Positions 44,609-52,571 of a stretch of 52,812 bases of DNA are shown piece by piece (position 1 is the stretch's first letter; every line of letters starts with the position of its first letter). Location: the IMG/VR virus record IMGVR_UViG_3300020003_000061, positions 1-52,812 of that record; one strand, given 5' to 3'. The notes beneath the pieces are model-generated. The model saw only the letters and a program-made list of their open reading frames with translations. It was not told where the DNA came from and did no database searches. This DNA is from a virus (taxonomy: Duplodnaviria; Caudoviricetes). A program made the translations under genes and the position numbers.

Positions 44609-44650
44609 TCAACCTCGAACAACTACCGTTTATCGGTGAGGAGAATCAGC

Positions 44651-45085
44651 ATGAAGGCTGTCCTGCAGGAAAAGCCCGTCTCCACCAATCACGAGAAGCT
44701 TGGCAAGATCGAGTTTCCCGTCGAGGTGATGCAGGTCGAGACGGATGAGGAGATGGTCAACGACGCGGGCGGTGCGGAGTCCTTGAGGGACTTCTACAAC
44801 GGCCAGCGTTCCACCAACGCCAAGAATGCGGCTCGTGCATTCGCGCGGAACTACGAGGTTCCCGAGGGCGTGGAACTGACTCCCGAGAAGATCGCGGAGC
44901 TGGTTCAGCAGATCAAGGAGAAGGGCCAGAAGCTGGCTCTGGATTACACTCCTTCGGCGGATACCGAGCGCGGGCCGAGCAAGGCCAAGAAGGCCGCCGC
45001 GTTCGACGAGATCGCGACGCTCGTTTCGAGCGGCAAGGAGTTCACGATGGAGGAGCTTCAGGGCCTCCTGGCGAAGGCGAAGTAA
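44651..45085 (+). CDS. Early hypothetical protein (144 aa), probably highly expressed
   Basis: GAGGAG RBS; near-exclusive AAG/GAG/ATC/TTC codon use. Confidence 0.85.
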   Translation: MKAVLQEKPVSTNHEKLGKIEFPVEVMQVETDEEMVNDAGGAESLRDFYNGQRSTNAKNAARAFARNYEVPEGVELTPEKIAELVQQIKEKGQKLALDYTPSADTERGPSKAKKAAAFDEIATLVSSGKEFTMEELQGLLAKAK

Positions 45086-45092
45086 CTCGCAT

Positions 45093-45290
45093 ATCAGCGC
45101 TCACGGTCGGTAGGTCTACACTCAAAGGTGAAAAGAGCTAATTTGCAGTACGCGCAAGGCCAGAGTAGCGCCTGGCAAACCAACGTAATACCTGATTTAC
45201 CGGAGATGCCAGAGGCTCGACCTCTGGGGGTGAGCGCCGCCTCGTAGGCTCTGAGATGGATCGAGGCTCATCTCCAACCTAGGCGCGAGG
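45093..45290 (+). ncRNA. Structured intergenic RNA
   Basis: CCAGAGG/CCTCTGG; CCTCG-TAGG-GAGATG/CATCTC-CCTA-CGAGG; GCGCTCAC/GTGAGCGC stems. Confidence 0.45.
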
Positions 45291-45295
45291 TTACA

Positions 45296-45508
45296 TTGCG
45301 TGACAATGGGCGAGTAACTGGTCGCACGTTCGAGCCTCGACGTTTCGTTGAGGCTGTGCGATACAAGGAACAGGTAGGCGGGATCATGACTCGGCAACAC
45401 ACGAGAAGCGGTCCCGTTTATTTTGTCCAGTGCTTGCCAGCGCCTGAGTGGATTGATTCATTCTGGCGTGATGTGGATGCAGGCTGGTTGCCCATTAACC
45501 CGAGTTAA
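45296..45508 (+). CDS. Hypothetical protein
   Basis: GAGG RBS, TTG start. Confidence 0.45.
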   Translation: MRDNGRVTGRTFEPRRFVEAVRYKEQVGGIMTRQHTRSGPVYFVQCLPAPEWIDSFWRDVDAGWLPINPS

Positions 45509-45511
45509 CTT

Positions 45512-45964
45512 ATGCTGAGGAACACTACCAACATTCCGGATCGTTTGGTGGCGATTGCCGCAGCATTTGCGATGCCTCCAGATTGTCCACCCATCGCTTG
45601 TATCACGGTTAAGAACAAGCGGCGAGGCAAGATCGGTGGACAATGGGGCTGGTTCTATCCAGACGATAATCAGGTAATCACGATTATCCCTCGTAGAATC
45701 ACGAGAACGCACGATTTCAAGTTGAGATATACCAAGAAGCGTATTCGATTCTCGACACGAGCCGAGTTCCTCGTTCACATCATGGCTCACGAACTGCGCC
45801 ACGCTTGGCAATGGAAGCATTGGAATACTCCAGCCATGAAATGGCGGTTGGAGAGGACTCGCGTTGGGAAATACGCGAGGGAGGTAGACGCGGAGATCTA
45901 CCAGATGCAAATTCTCCGCAAGTGGCAGCACGAGATCATGCCTCTAATCAAGGAGGTAGCGTGA
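45512..45964 (+). CDS. SprT-like/zincin HEXXH metallopeptidase
   Basis: G.F, LVHIMAHELRHAWQ, downstream E.DA. Confidence 0.7.
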   Translation: MLRNTTNIPDRLVAIAAAFAMPPDCPPIACITVKNKRRGKIGGQWGWFYPDDNQVITIIPRRITRTHDFKLRYTKKRIRFSTRAEFLVHIMAHELRHAWQWKHWNTPAMKWRLERTRVGKYAREVDAEIYQMQILRKWQHEIMPLIKEVA

Positions 45965-46131
45965 GGACGACAGGCAATCTGTCTGCCGTGCCGCTCGAGA
46001 TTCTCGACATTGCTGAAAGCATGGCCGAGGCCTCGAAGCTGCAGATGTGCTCGGTGAATTACGTGATGCCGAGCAAGACGTTCAGGGAAGGCGAGTATCG
46101 CCTGTTGGGCAACGTCCACGCTGGTATTTAG
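45961..46131 (+). CDS. Hypothetical protein
   Basis: AGGAGG RBS; GTGA coupling. Confidence 0.55.
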   Translation: MRTTGNLSAVPLEILDIAESMAEASKLQMCSVNYVMPSKTFREGEYRLLGNVHAGI

Positions 46132-46140
46132 TCGCTAAAG
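46126..46140. promoter_or_regulatory. Dispersed palindrome, one mismatch
   Basis: ATTTAG TCG CTAAAG between two early genes. Confidence 0.65.
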
Positions 46141-46156
46141 ACGAGGACGGGAGGAG

Positions 46157-46687
46157 GTGAGAACATTGGATCGCAAGGAACTCGAACGCGAGATTCTCGA
46201 GGCTTGCGAGCGTGTCGCTGGCGCAAGAGCGCGGTATGCGCATCACTGCGCAGTCGAGGACACGATCCGAAGCGTGGCTGGCTACAATAGCACCGAGGCC
46301 AAGCCTTATCGTGAGGCGAAGGAACTCCTCGCGGACAAGGTGAGAGATCAGGCTATCAGCGAGGATCGCCTCTGGCGTGCTGTGGTCGAGGGAACGGTGG
46401 ATCGTATCCTCGAATCATTCGGGAGGCGTGAGGACATTCTCAAGGCCACGTTCGGCACCGTGAGCGACGATCTGCACAACGCGCTTCTGGTGGACGAGAC
46501 GCCCAAGCGCCCGGCAAGCGACGAGGAGCACGCGATTCACTTGGTTCGCGAGATCTGGAATCGCTCGCGCCAGGGATTGCTCGGCGTCACCAAGACGATG
46601 CTCGGTGAGATCGCGGACATTCTCGGGGAGGAAGATCCGAACCTGGGGAGCAATCCTCCGAAGGGCTGGGACAAGATCGAAACGTGA
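46157..46687 (+). CDS. Hypothetical helical protein
   Basis: 176 aa ORF with a purine-rich RBS. Confidence 0.7.
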   Translation: MRTLDRKELEREILEACERVAGARARYAHHCAVEDTIRSVAGYNSTEAKPYREAKELLADKVRDQAISEDRLWRAVVEGTVDRILESFGRREDILKATFGTVSDDLHNALLVDETPKRPASDEEHAIHLVREIWNRSRQGLLGVTKTMLGEIADILGEEDPNLGSNPPKGWDKIET

Positions 46688-46690
46688 GGC

Positions 46691-46719
46691 TTGACAAACC
46701 GCCCCGAATGTGTTATATT
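46691..46719 (+). promoter_or_regulatory. Strong early sigma70 promoter
   Basis: GGC TTGACA AAC...GTGT TATATT, 17-nt spacer. Confidence 0.85.
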
Positions 46720-46734
46720 ACGGGGTACAACGTT

Positions 46735-46864
46735 CCGCGCTGGGAGCAGTCGTGCGCGCAAGTAGCAATACCGCGGCCTGAGACCCGTCCCCTCCCAGGA
46801 TGGCCGTGAAACCAGACGTGGCCGAACGCTCAGATATGGCCGAACGTCAGTCCTGGGAGGGACG
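46735..46864 (+). ncRNA. Structured 5' leader sequestering the RBS
   Basis: CGTCCCCTCCCAGGA/TCCTGGGAGGGACG stem closing three 18-nt-period TGGCCG repeats. Confidence 0.6.
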
Positions 46865-46872
46865 TATCCAAA

Positions 46873-47469
46873 ATGGCAGATCAAGAGGACGGAGTGGGCA
46901 AACTGTCGCTCACTCAGGTAGAGGAGGAAGTTCATAAGCACGCGTTGAAGTATGCTCGTGAACACACCTCACTACCGATCACGGCGTTTCGTGTGTTCCT
47001 CTGGCCCGGTGACTTTCATTGCAAGCTCACGCCCGGACCTACCGCGAGGATCATTCTCGGTAGCAAGGCGTGGCCGGGTGAGCCCGATTTCTGGGACACG
47101 CTCAAGCGCGCAGTAGACAGGGTTTGGACGCAGCGGCTGTACAGCACGATGGCGATAGAGCATGTCGCTCATGTGCTGGAGAGGGACGCCAGCTGGAAGC
47201 GCTGGCTGAAAGAGAAGTACAATTTCGACCCGGAGTTGATTCCGCATATGTTAGGCGACGATGAAGTGTCAGTGCGGCACTTCGAGCGAATCGAAGTGAT
47301 CCACAAGGAAACGGGGATGCGTGAGGTGGTCGAGGTGGAGCCTGGCGCGAAGCGTACAACGTTCGTTGCCAAGGAGATCGCCACGACTCGCCTCGCTCGG
47401 CGCGTCCACGAGCTTCGACTCGCAGAGCAGCAGAAGGATAACACACTCCCTTTTCCGGCGAGCGCTTGA
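46873..47469 (+). CDS. Hypothetical protein
   Basis: 198 aa ORF after the structured leader. Confidence 0.75.
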   Translation: MADQEDGVGKLSLTQVEEEVHKHALKYAREHTSLPITAFRVFLWPGDFHCKLTPGPTARIILGSKAWPGEPDFWDTLKRAVDRVWTQRLYSTMAIEHVAHVLERDASWKRWLKEKYNFDPELIPHMLGDDEVSVRHFERIEVIHKETGMREVVEVEPGAKRTTFVAKEIATTRLARRVHELRLAEQQKDNTLPFPASA

Positions 47470-47472
47470 ATC

Positions 47473-47676
47473 ATGGCGAGCCGGGGGAGGTCACCAACAG
47501 TAGCCCTGCGTGAATATGCCGAGGGCTACTCAGGTTACCAGGCGTTGCTCGAAGGCACCACGTCGCCTGGGACCACGAAGTATTACGCTTGCCTGAAATA
47601 TGGGCCGCGTAAGTCCCGTTGGATGGCGCAGGAGTGGTTGGAGAATCAGTTAAGGAAGCGTCGTCGGAGGAACTGA
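47473..47676 (+). CDS. Hypothetical basic protein
   Basis: 67 aa ORF directly after the previous stop. Confidence 0.5.
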   Translation: MASRGRSPTVALREYAEGYSGYQALLEGTTSPGTTKYYACLKYGPRKSRWMAQEWLENQLRKRRRRN

Positions 47677-47996
47677 CGCTGAAAGATCGGGAAAGGCGAT
47701 AGCTGGGGATCGTCACCGTATACTCCAGCCGACTGGCTAGGTCGCTGCGCAACCAGCGTAAAGGTGCCACGACGCCTTTCCTACGCCACTCTCGACGCTG
47801 AGGCTTGGCCCTCCCCAAGCACTTGGAAACTGAAGCAAGGTTACGGCCATCTCCTTGCAGAGGTTAGTCGGGTTCGATTCCCGCCAGCGTCTCTGGGCAG
47901 ACAGCGAAGAACCTGTGAAACGTGGGCAGTCAGGGTTGATCCTACTCAGGATAGCACCCGTCCCATAAACGTGGAGAATGGAGCGCTGTTCTGCCC
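47675..47996 (+). ncRNA. Cluster of structured RNA domains, including a non-canonical tRNA-like element at 47794-47892
   Basis: GACGCTG/CAGCGTC acceptor-like stem with CGGG-TTCGATT-CCCG T-arm; flanking closed domains. Confidence 0.6.
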
Positions 47997-48045
47997 TTTG
48001 CTTTGCAGTTCCCCGTAGTACCTCACTCTTAGGCGGAGGTTCTAT

Positions 48046-48171
48046 ATGATGCGCTCGACCAGGGTTCCCCTCTGGTTGCTGCTTCTCGCTCTGTATCTGC
48101 CGTTCTGGGTTCGAGTCTGCACCCGGATCGGCTCGATGTGGGGCGGGCGCGGCGGACTGACGTGGGCCTGA
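48046..48171 (+). CDS. Small membrane peptide (41 aa, not in the ORF track)
   Basis: GGAGG RBS; MMRSTRVPLWLLLLALYLPFWVRV. Confidence 0.5.
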   Translation: MMRSTRVPLWLLLLALYLPFWVRVCTRIGSMWGGRGGLTWA

Positions 48172-48214
48172 TGGACTGGATCATCGAGGCCCTCCTCCCC
48201 TGGCGCAGGAAGCG

Positions 48215-48511
48215 GTGGCCGGGCTGGTGAGGTACTTCGCCATCTTTGACACAGATGGCCCGCTGTTCGAGCTGACGCAAGACCAGCGTACCGAGATGTT
48301 GCGTGAGGTTATTGCTAAGGAACCCAGCATCGTCCGGTACGCTGTCGTCAGATCAGGGCTGGGCAAGGAGCCGTCGTTTCACACTGATTTCTGGACGGTG
48401 GATCATCAGACGTTGTTCCTACTTCGCTTGATGATGCAGCTCACAAAAGAGTTTCACCAAGATGGCAACGGACCTGAACCAGGATCAGTAGATGAAGATA
48501 GAGTTTCGTAA
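48215..48511 (+). CDS. Hypothetical protein
   Basis: AGGAAG RBS, GTG start. Confidence 0.55.
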   Translation: MAGLVRYFAIFDTDGPLFELTQDQRTEMLREVIAKEPSIVRYAVVRSGLGKEPSFHTDFWTVDHQTLFLLRLMMQLTKEFHQDGNGPEPGSVDEDRVS

Positions 48512-48677
48512 GGTCAGTCGCGCAGGCAACAACGTGACCTGCCAGGTGTTCTTCGATGGCATCATCGTTGCACCGCAGCTTCACTGCACTCCCAAGGAGT
48601 ATGAGGCACTCCTCACCACGCTCAAGAAGGACCACGAGGTAATCAGCATGATCGAGGTCAGTTCCAGCGAGGCTTGA
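48492..48677 (+). CDS. Hypothetical protein
   Basis: 61 aa; its stop codon lies within the next promoter's -35 box. Confidence 0.6.
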   Translation: MKIEFRKVSRAGNNVTCQVFFDGIIVAPQLHCTPKEYEALLTTLKKDHEVISMIEVSSSEA

Positions 48678-48702
48678 CAAACGCCGGACAAAGTGTTATA
48701 TT
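48674..48702 (+). promoter_or_regulatory. Strong early sigma70 promoter
   Basis: GGC TTGACA AAC...GTGT TATATT, 17-nt spacer. Confidence 0.85.
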
Positions 48703-48733
48703 ACACAGTACCCAAATAGCTGAGGCACAAACG

Positions 48734-50965
48734 GTGCCCGAAAGTGAAGATCAACTCGTAGACGCAGAGCTTCTAATCGCTGATGCGGAAGCTGAGATGG
48801 AACGGCTCCGTGTCGAGGGAGAAGAAGCTTCGCGCAAGCTCGCTGCCTTACGCGAGAGCTATCGTGATGTGCAGGCTAAGAAAGCTGCTCTCAGCGAGAA
48901 GCTCATGCGGGAGAAGCGAGTTGCGGAAGAAGTCGAACGAGAGAAAGTCCGCCAAGAAGCCCTGGCTCGACCGACTGAGGTTCGGGCTTGCGACTTCGAT
49001 ATGTTCTATGTGAATGTCAAAATCCTACCCGACATTCGCGAGGACATACTCAGCTTGCTCCGTGGAATCTACGCTCGGCAGTACGATGCGTACACAGGAG
49101 TAAATCGCGTCCCTGCCGAGTCGTGGAAAACGTTCCGCGAGCAGGTAGTCAACCTCAAGAACGTCAAGCTCACGCATCTGATGGGTGTCGAGGCGAAGAT
49201 CAAGAAGTTCGAGTCTGCGCCCGACTACAACATCGAGCTGGACGGCAAGCAATTCAAGATCACAGCGCATCCGAAAGCTCCCACGAATTTGTTGAGGGAC
49301 ATACCGGGTGCCGAGTACTTCCGCGAGAAACTCTATTGGACAATCCCATACACTGAAGGCTGGCGCGTGTACAAGGCGCTGGAGGGATACCAGAGTGATC
49401 GCGGCGTAACCTGGAAGCCAGATGCGCTCGCGTTGGTCGAGACTGAGATCGAGCGACGCACCAAGATGGACACCATCGCACTCCAACAGGACTCAGATCT
49501 TGTCCTCCCTTTCAAGAATGGTCACACTCCACGCCCGTTTCAGAAAGTGGGAGTTGAGTTTATCAATCTCTCGAACGGACGCGCCCTGCTTGCTGACCAG
49601 ATGGGACTGGGAAAGACTTGGCAAGCAGTCGGATATGCACAACTGCACAATCTCCGAACAGTTGTTATCTGCCCTGCCCATCTCAAAGCTAATTGGTCAC
49701 GTGAGATCATCCAACTCACCGGAGAGATTCCAACTGTTCTGTGGGGTCGGGAGCCTGACCAATTTGCGGTCACCACACTCTTGATGAAGAAGCCACGTTG
49801 GGTGATCATCAACTATGACATCCTCGGGTCCAAGACAGAGGTGCCGGAGAAGGAGACGATAGACGAGAACGGTCTCAAGCACGTCGTCCCCAAGAAGGAT
49901 CGGTTCCTCTGGGCTGACCTGCTCAACATGAGCAAGCCCGACCTCATCATCACCGACGAGGCGCACTACACAAAGAACACAGACTCGAATCGCAGCAAGG
50001 CAGTCAGGATGCTCACACCTGACAAGCGCCTCGCTCTCACAGGTACGCCAGTATTGAATCGTCCGGGTGAATATTGGGCGATCCTCAACTGGCTGCGCCC
50101 GGAGCTATTCCCCTCGGAAGATAAGTTCATCTACCAGTACACGTACAACGGGAAGACGGCGCGCAATATCGAGGAGCTTCGAGAAGTCCTTAAGCCCATC
50201 ATGATCCGACGGCTCAAGAAGGATGTTGTATCTGAGCTGCCGCCGATCAATCGAATCACCAACCTCCACGAGCTTAGTGCCGGTGCGCGAGAGGTCTACA
50301 AGAAGGTGCTCGCCGGTGTGTACCTGAAGATCGACGAGGCTGGCAACAAGATCGAGTTCAACATCACGTCGATTCTCGCTGAGATTGGGAAGTTGAAAGA
50401 GGTCTGTGCCCATGACAAGGTTGATGCGGTGGTCGAGCTGGCGGCGGAACTGTACGATACGGAACAGGATGCGGGAGACGCCAAGCTCGGGAATAAGAAA
50501 GTGCTTATATTTTCGCAGTATAAGGACGTGGTACGTAAGATCGCCCTTGGGCTCGGTCGTGAAGCTATCTACTGGACGGGTGATACTGACTTCGAAGAGC
50601 GGACTCGTCTGGAAAACGAATTCCAGACTAATCCTGATGTACACTTCCTCGTGGTGAGTCTCATGACCGGCCAGACCGGCTTGAATCTGACAGCCGCAGG
50701 CCACGTCGTCTTCGCAGACCTGTACTGGACACCAGCCGCTCACGCACAGGCAGAGGAGCGGGCATACGGCAGGCTCAGTAACATGCACGGTTGCGACAGC
50801 TACTATCTCGTCGCCACCAACACCATCGAGGATTGGATTCAGGAGTTGCTCGCATCCAAGCTCATTACGATCAACGCTGTGGTCGAGGGCATAGATGCCG
50901 AGCGCGATCCAAGCATCGGAATGGAAATCATCCGACGCCTCAAGGAAATGAGGAACTCACTATGA
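48734..50965 (+). CDS. SNF2-family helicase with N-terminal coiled coil and HARP-like domains (SMARCAL1-like)
   Basis: RPFQ..GV, LLADQMGLGKT, DEAH, LTGTPVLNRP.E, RRLKKDV..ELP, G.NLTAA, QAEERAY; start GTG48734 downstream of the promoter. Confidence 0.92.
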   Translation: MPESEDQLVDAELLIADAEAEMERLRVEGEEASRKLAALRESYRDVQAKKAALSEKLMREKRVAEEVEREKVRQEALARPTEVRACDFDMFYVNVKILPDIREDILSLLRGIYARQYDAYTGVNRVPAESWKTFREQVVNLKNVKLTHLMGVEAKIKKFESAPDYNIELDGKQFKITAHPKAPTNLLRDIPGAEYFREKLYWTIPYTEGWRVYKALEGYQSDRGVTWKPDALALVETEIERRTKMDTIALQQDSDLVLPFKNGHTPRPFQKVGVEFINLSNGRALLADQMGLGKTWQAVGYAQLHNLRTVVICPAHLKANWSREIIQLTGEIPTVLWGREPDQFAVTTLLMKKPRWVIINYDILGSKTEVPEKETIDENGLKHVVPKKDRFLWADLLNMSKPDLIITDEAHYTKNTDSNRSKAVRMLTPDKRLALTGTPVLNRPGEYWAILNWLRPELFPSEDKFIYQYTYNGKTARNIEELREVLKPIMIRRLKKDVVSELPPINRITNLHELSAGAREVYKKVLAGVYLKIDEAGNKIEFNITSILAEIGKLKEVCAHDKVDAVVELAAELYDTEQDAGDAKLGNKKVLIFSQYKDVVRKIALGLGREAIYWTGDTDFEERTRLENEFQTNPDVHFLVVSLMTGQTGLNLTAAGHVVFADLYWTPAAHAQAEERAYGRLSNMHGCDSYYLVATNTIEDWIQELLASKLITINAVVEGIDAERDPSIGMEIIRRLKEMRNSL

Positions 50966-51138
50966 CCACCACCCCTGAAGTAGTCGTCACCGAGGAACCA
51001 CCTCCAAGCTGTGAAGATGTTCTCCGCGCGTTGCGGACGATGTTGGAGGTGCCCGAGGGTGAGAGCATTCTCGCGTACACCAGTCGCTTGGTGCGTCGTG
51101 CCAAGGTCGCCGGCATTGATGGGAACGCAGTCAAATGA
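50962..51138 (+). CDS. Hypothetical protein
   Basis: GAGG RBS; ATGA coupling. Confidence 0.6.
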   Translation: MTTTPEVVVTEEPPPSCEDVLRALRTMLEVPEGESILAYTSRLVRRAKVAGIDGNAVK

Positions 51139-51443
51139 CCGAGCACTTCACGAGGTGCGACTTCTGCTCCACGGAGACAACGGAACTCCGGCAGTATGAA
51201 CCGCTCCAGCATATCAAGGAGATTCGAGCTGCCGGTGCCGTGGCCTTGGTCAACGATACTGGACCTTGGTGTGCTTGCAAGTTGTGTGAGGCGCTGATCG
51301 AAGCTGACGATTGGAAGGGATTAGCTGATCGTGCATTGGTGCCGCTGCGAAAGCTATTCCCTGACACGCCACACGCGCTTCACATCGAAGCAGTCAAGTC
51401 CATGTGGACAGTAGTATTCGGAACTGAGAGGGTGAAGCTATGA
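51135..51443 (+). CDS. Zinc-binding hypothetical protein
   Basis: CDFCS...WCAC..C..LIE..DW..L..R. Confidence 0.75.
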   Translation: MTEHFTRCDFCSTETTELRQYEPLQHIKEIRAAGAVALVNDTGPWCACKLCEALIEADDWKGLADRALVPLRKLFPDTPHALHIEAVKSMWTVVFGTERVKL

Positions 51444-51674
51444 AACTCTCCGACGAGAAGCTGGCGCTCGGCGTAATACTGACGAACGCTGTCATGCTCG
51501 CCGTGTTCTTCTTCACACTGCGTGCTGCGTTGGTGAGGTACTGCTCATGACCGACGCCGAGAAGCTCAAGCGAATCGCGGCCGTGCTCAAGAAGCACTTC
51601 ACCAATCTCGACGTGATGAAGACGATCGACATTGCGTCAGAGATTCACCAAGCGATCGAGGAGGAATTACAGAA

Positions 51675-51863
51675 ATGAAGCTCCGCGAGATACTGGAAAA
51701 GGTCGGCATCAACATCGCGGACGTTGAGCGCAGCCTTGACTTCAAGTCGAAGAACAAGCTCGATTGGGAAGTGAGCGTTCACCAAGCCGGCGAGCAGGCC
51801 GACGAGATAGTGCACGTCGAGCTTGTGTACGAGAACCGGACGATCTACCTGGAGTATGAGTGA
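51675..51863 (+). CDS. Hypothetical protein
   Basis: GAGGAG RBS. Confidence 0.6.
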   Translation: MKLREILEKVGINIADVERSLDFKSKNKLDWEVSVHQAGEQADEIVHVELVYENRTIYLEYE

Positions 51864-51987
51864 GGCGTGAGTTCTCACCACCGAAAGCTGACGAAGAGGC
51901 CGTCTCTGATCTGGTGACGGAACTCTACGTACAAGTACGCGAGGCTGCTCATGGCAACCACGCAGCAAGAGAGGAAGCTAAGAAGCT

Positions 51988-52185
51988 ATGCCGCAGGATT
52001 CTCGTCCGCCTCGGGTAGAACCAACGCCCGAGGATCGTCAGCATCTGATCCAAGCCATGAAGGATGTGGCCGAAGGCTGGAAGCTTCATCCGTTCACCTG
52101 CGCTCGGTTCGAGGCTATCGGGTGGCTCGACAAGAATGGGTGGACTCAATCTGCTTACGATGCGCGGAAGGAGGTGAAAACTTGA
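51988..52185 (+). CDS. Hypothetical protein
   Basis: Small operon-coupled ORF. Confidence 0.5.
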   Translation: MPQDSRPPRVEPTPEDRQHLIQAMKDVAEGWKLHPFTCARFEAIGWLDKNGWTQSAYDARKEVKT

Positions 52186-52337
52186 AAGTCTGGGAACTGC
52201 GCCAACAACTGGATGACCTAGGCGACGACGTTGAGGTTTCAGTGCTGACCGATGACGGCGAGTACGAGATCGCGGAAGTGAAACCGATCCCGGCGGCAGG
52301 TACTGCGACGATTGTCTTAGGAGAACTCCAGGAGTGA
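52182..52337 (+). CDS. Hypothetical protein
   Basis: GGAGG RBS, TTG start; MKV.EL...L..L.DD.EV pattern common in phages. Confidence 0.65.
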   Translation: MKVWELRQQLDDLGDDVEVSVLTDDGEYEIAEVKPIPAAGTATIVLGELQE

Positions 52338-52570
52338 AAGTACAATCGTTCCCGTACAAGTGTACTTACTGTGGACGCTCCGGTAAGTACAAGACCGGCA
52401 ACATGGCACTCGCAATGGACTTCAAGTGTCCACATGATGGAGCTACGATGATCTATCAAGCTCCAGCTACACCAATGGTTGAGGTGTTCGAGTTGCCGGA
52501 GGTGGTTGAAGAGATGGTCGAGTTCACGCACAAGTTGGACGACGCAATCGTTAGGCGACTAGGCATCTGA
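52334..52570 (+). CDS. Zinc-ribbon hypothetical protein
   Basis: YKCTYCG...FKCPHDG. Confidence 0.6.
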   Translation: MKVQSFPYKCTYCGRSGKYKTGNMALAMDFKCPHDGATMIYQAPATPMVEVFELPEVVEEMVEFTHKLDDAIVRRLGI

Positions 52571-52571
52571 T

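Noticed and set aside
47794-47892. Selenocysteine tRNA
   Set aside because: The 6-bp D-like stem is suggestive, but there is no UCA anticodon loop and the acceptor stem is 7 bp.
48674-48733. TTG48674 as the helicase start
   Set aside because: That TTG is the -35 box of the promoter; GTG48734 with a GAGG RBS is the more plausible start.
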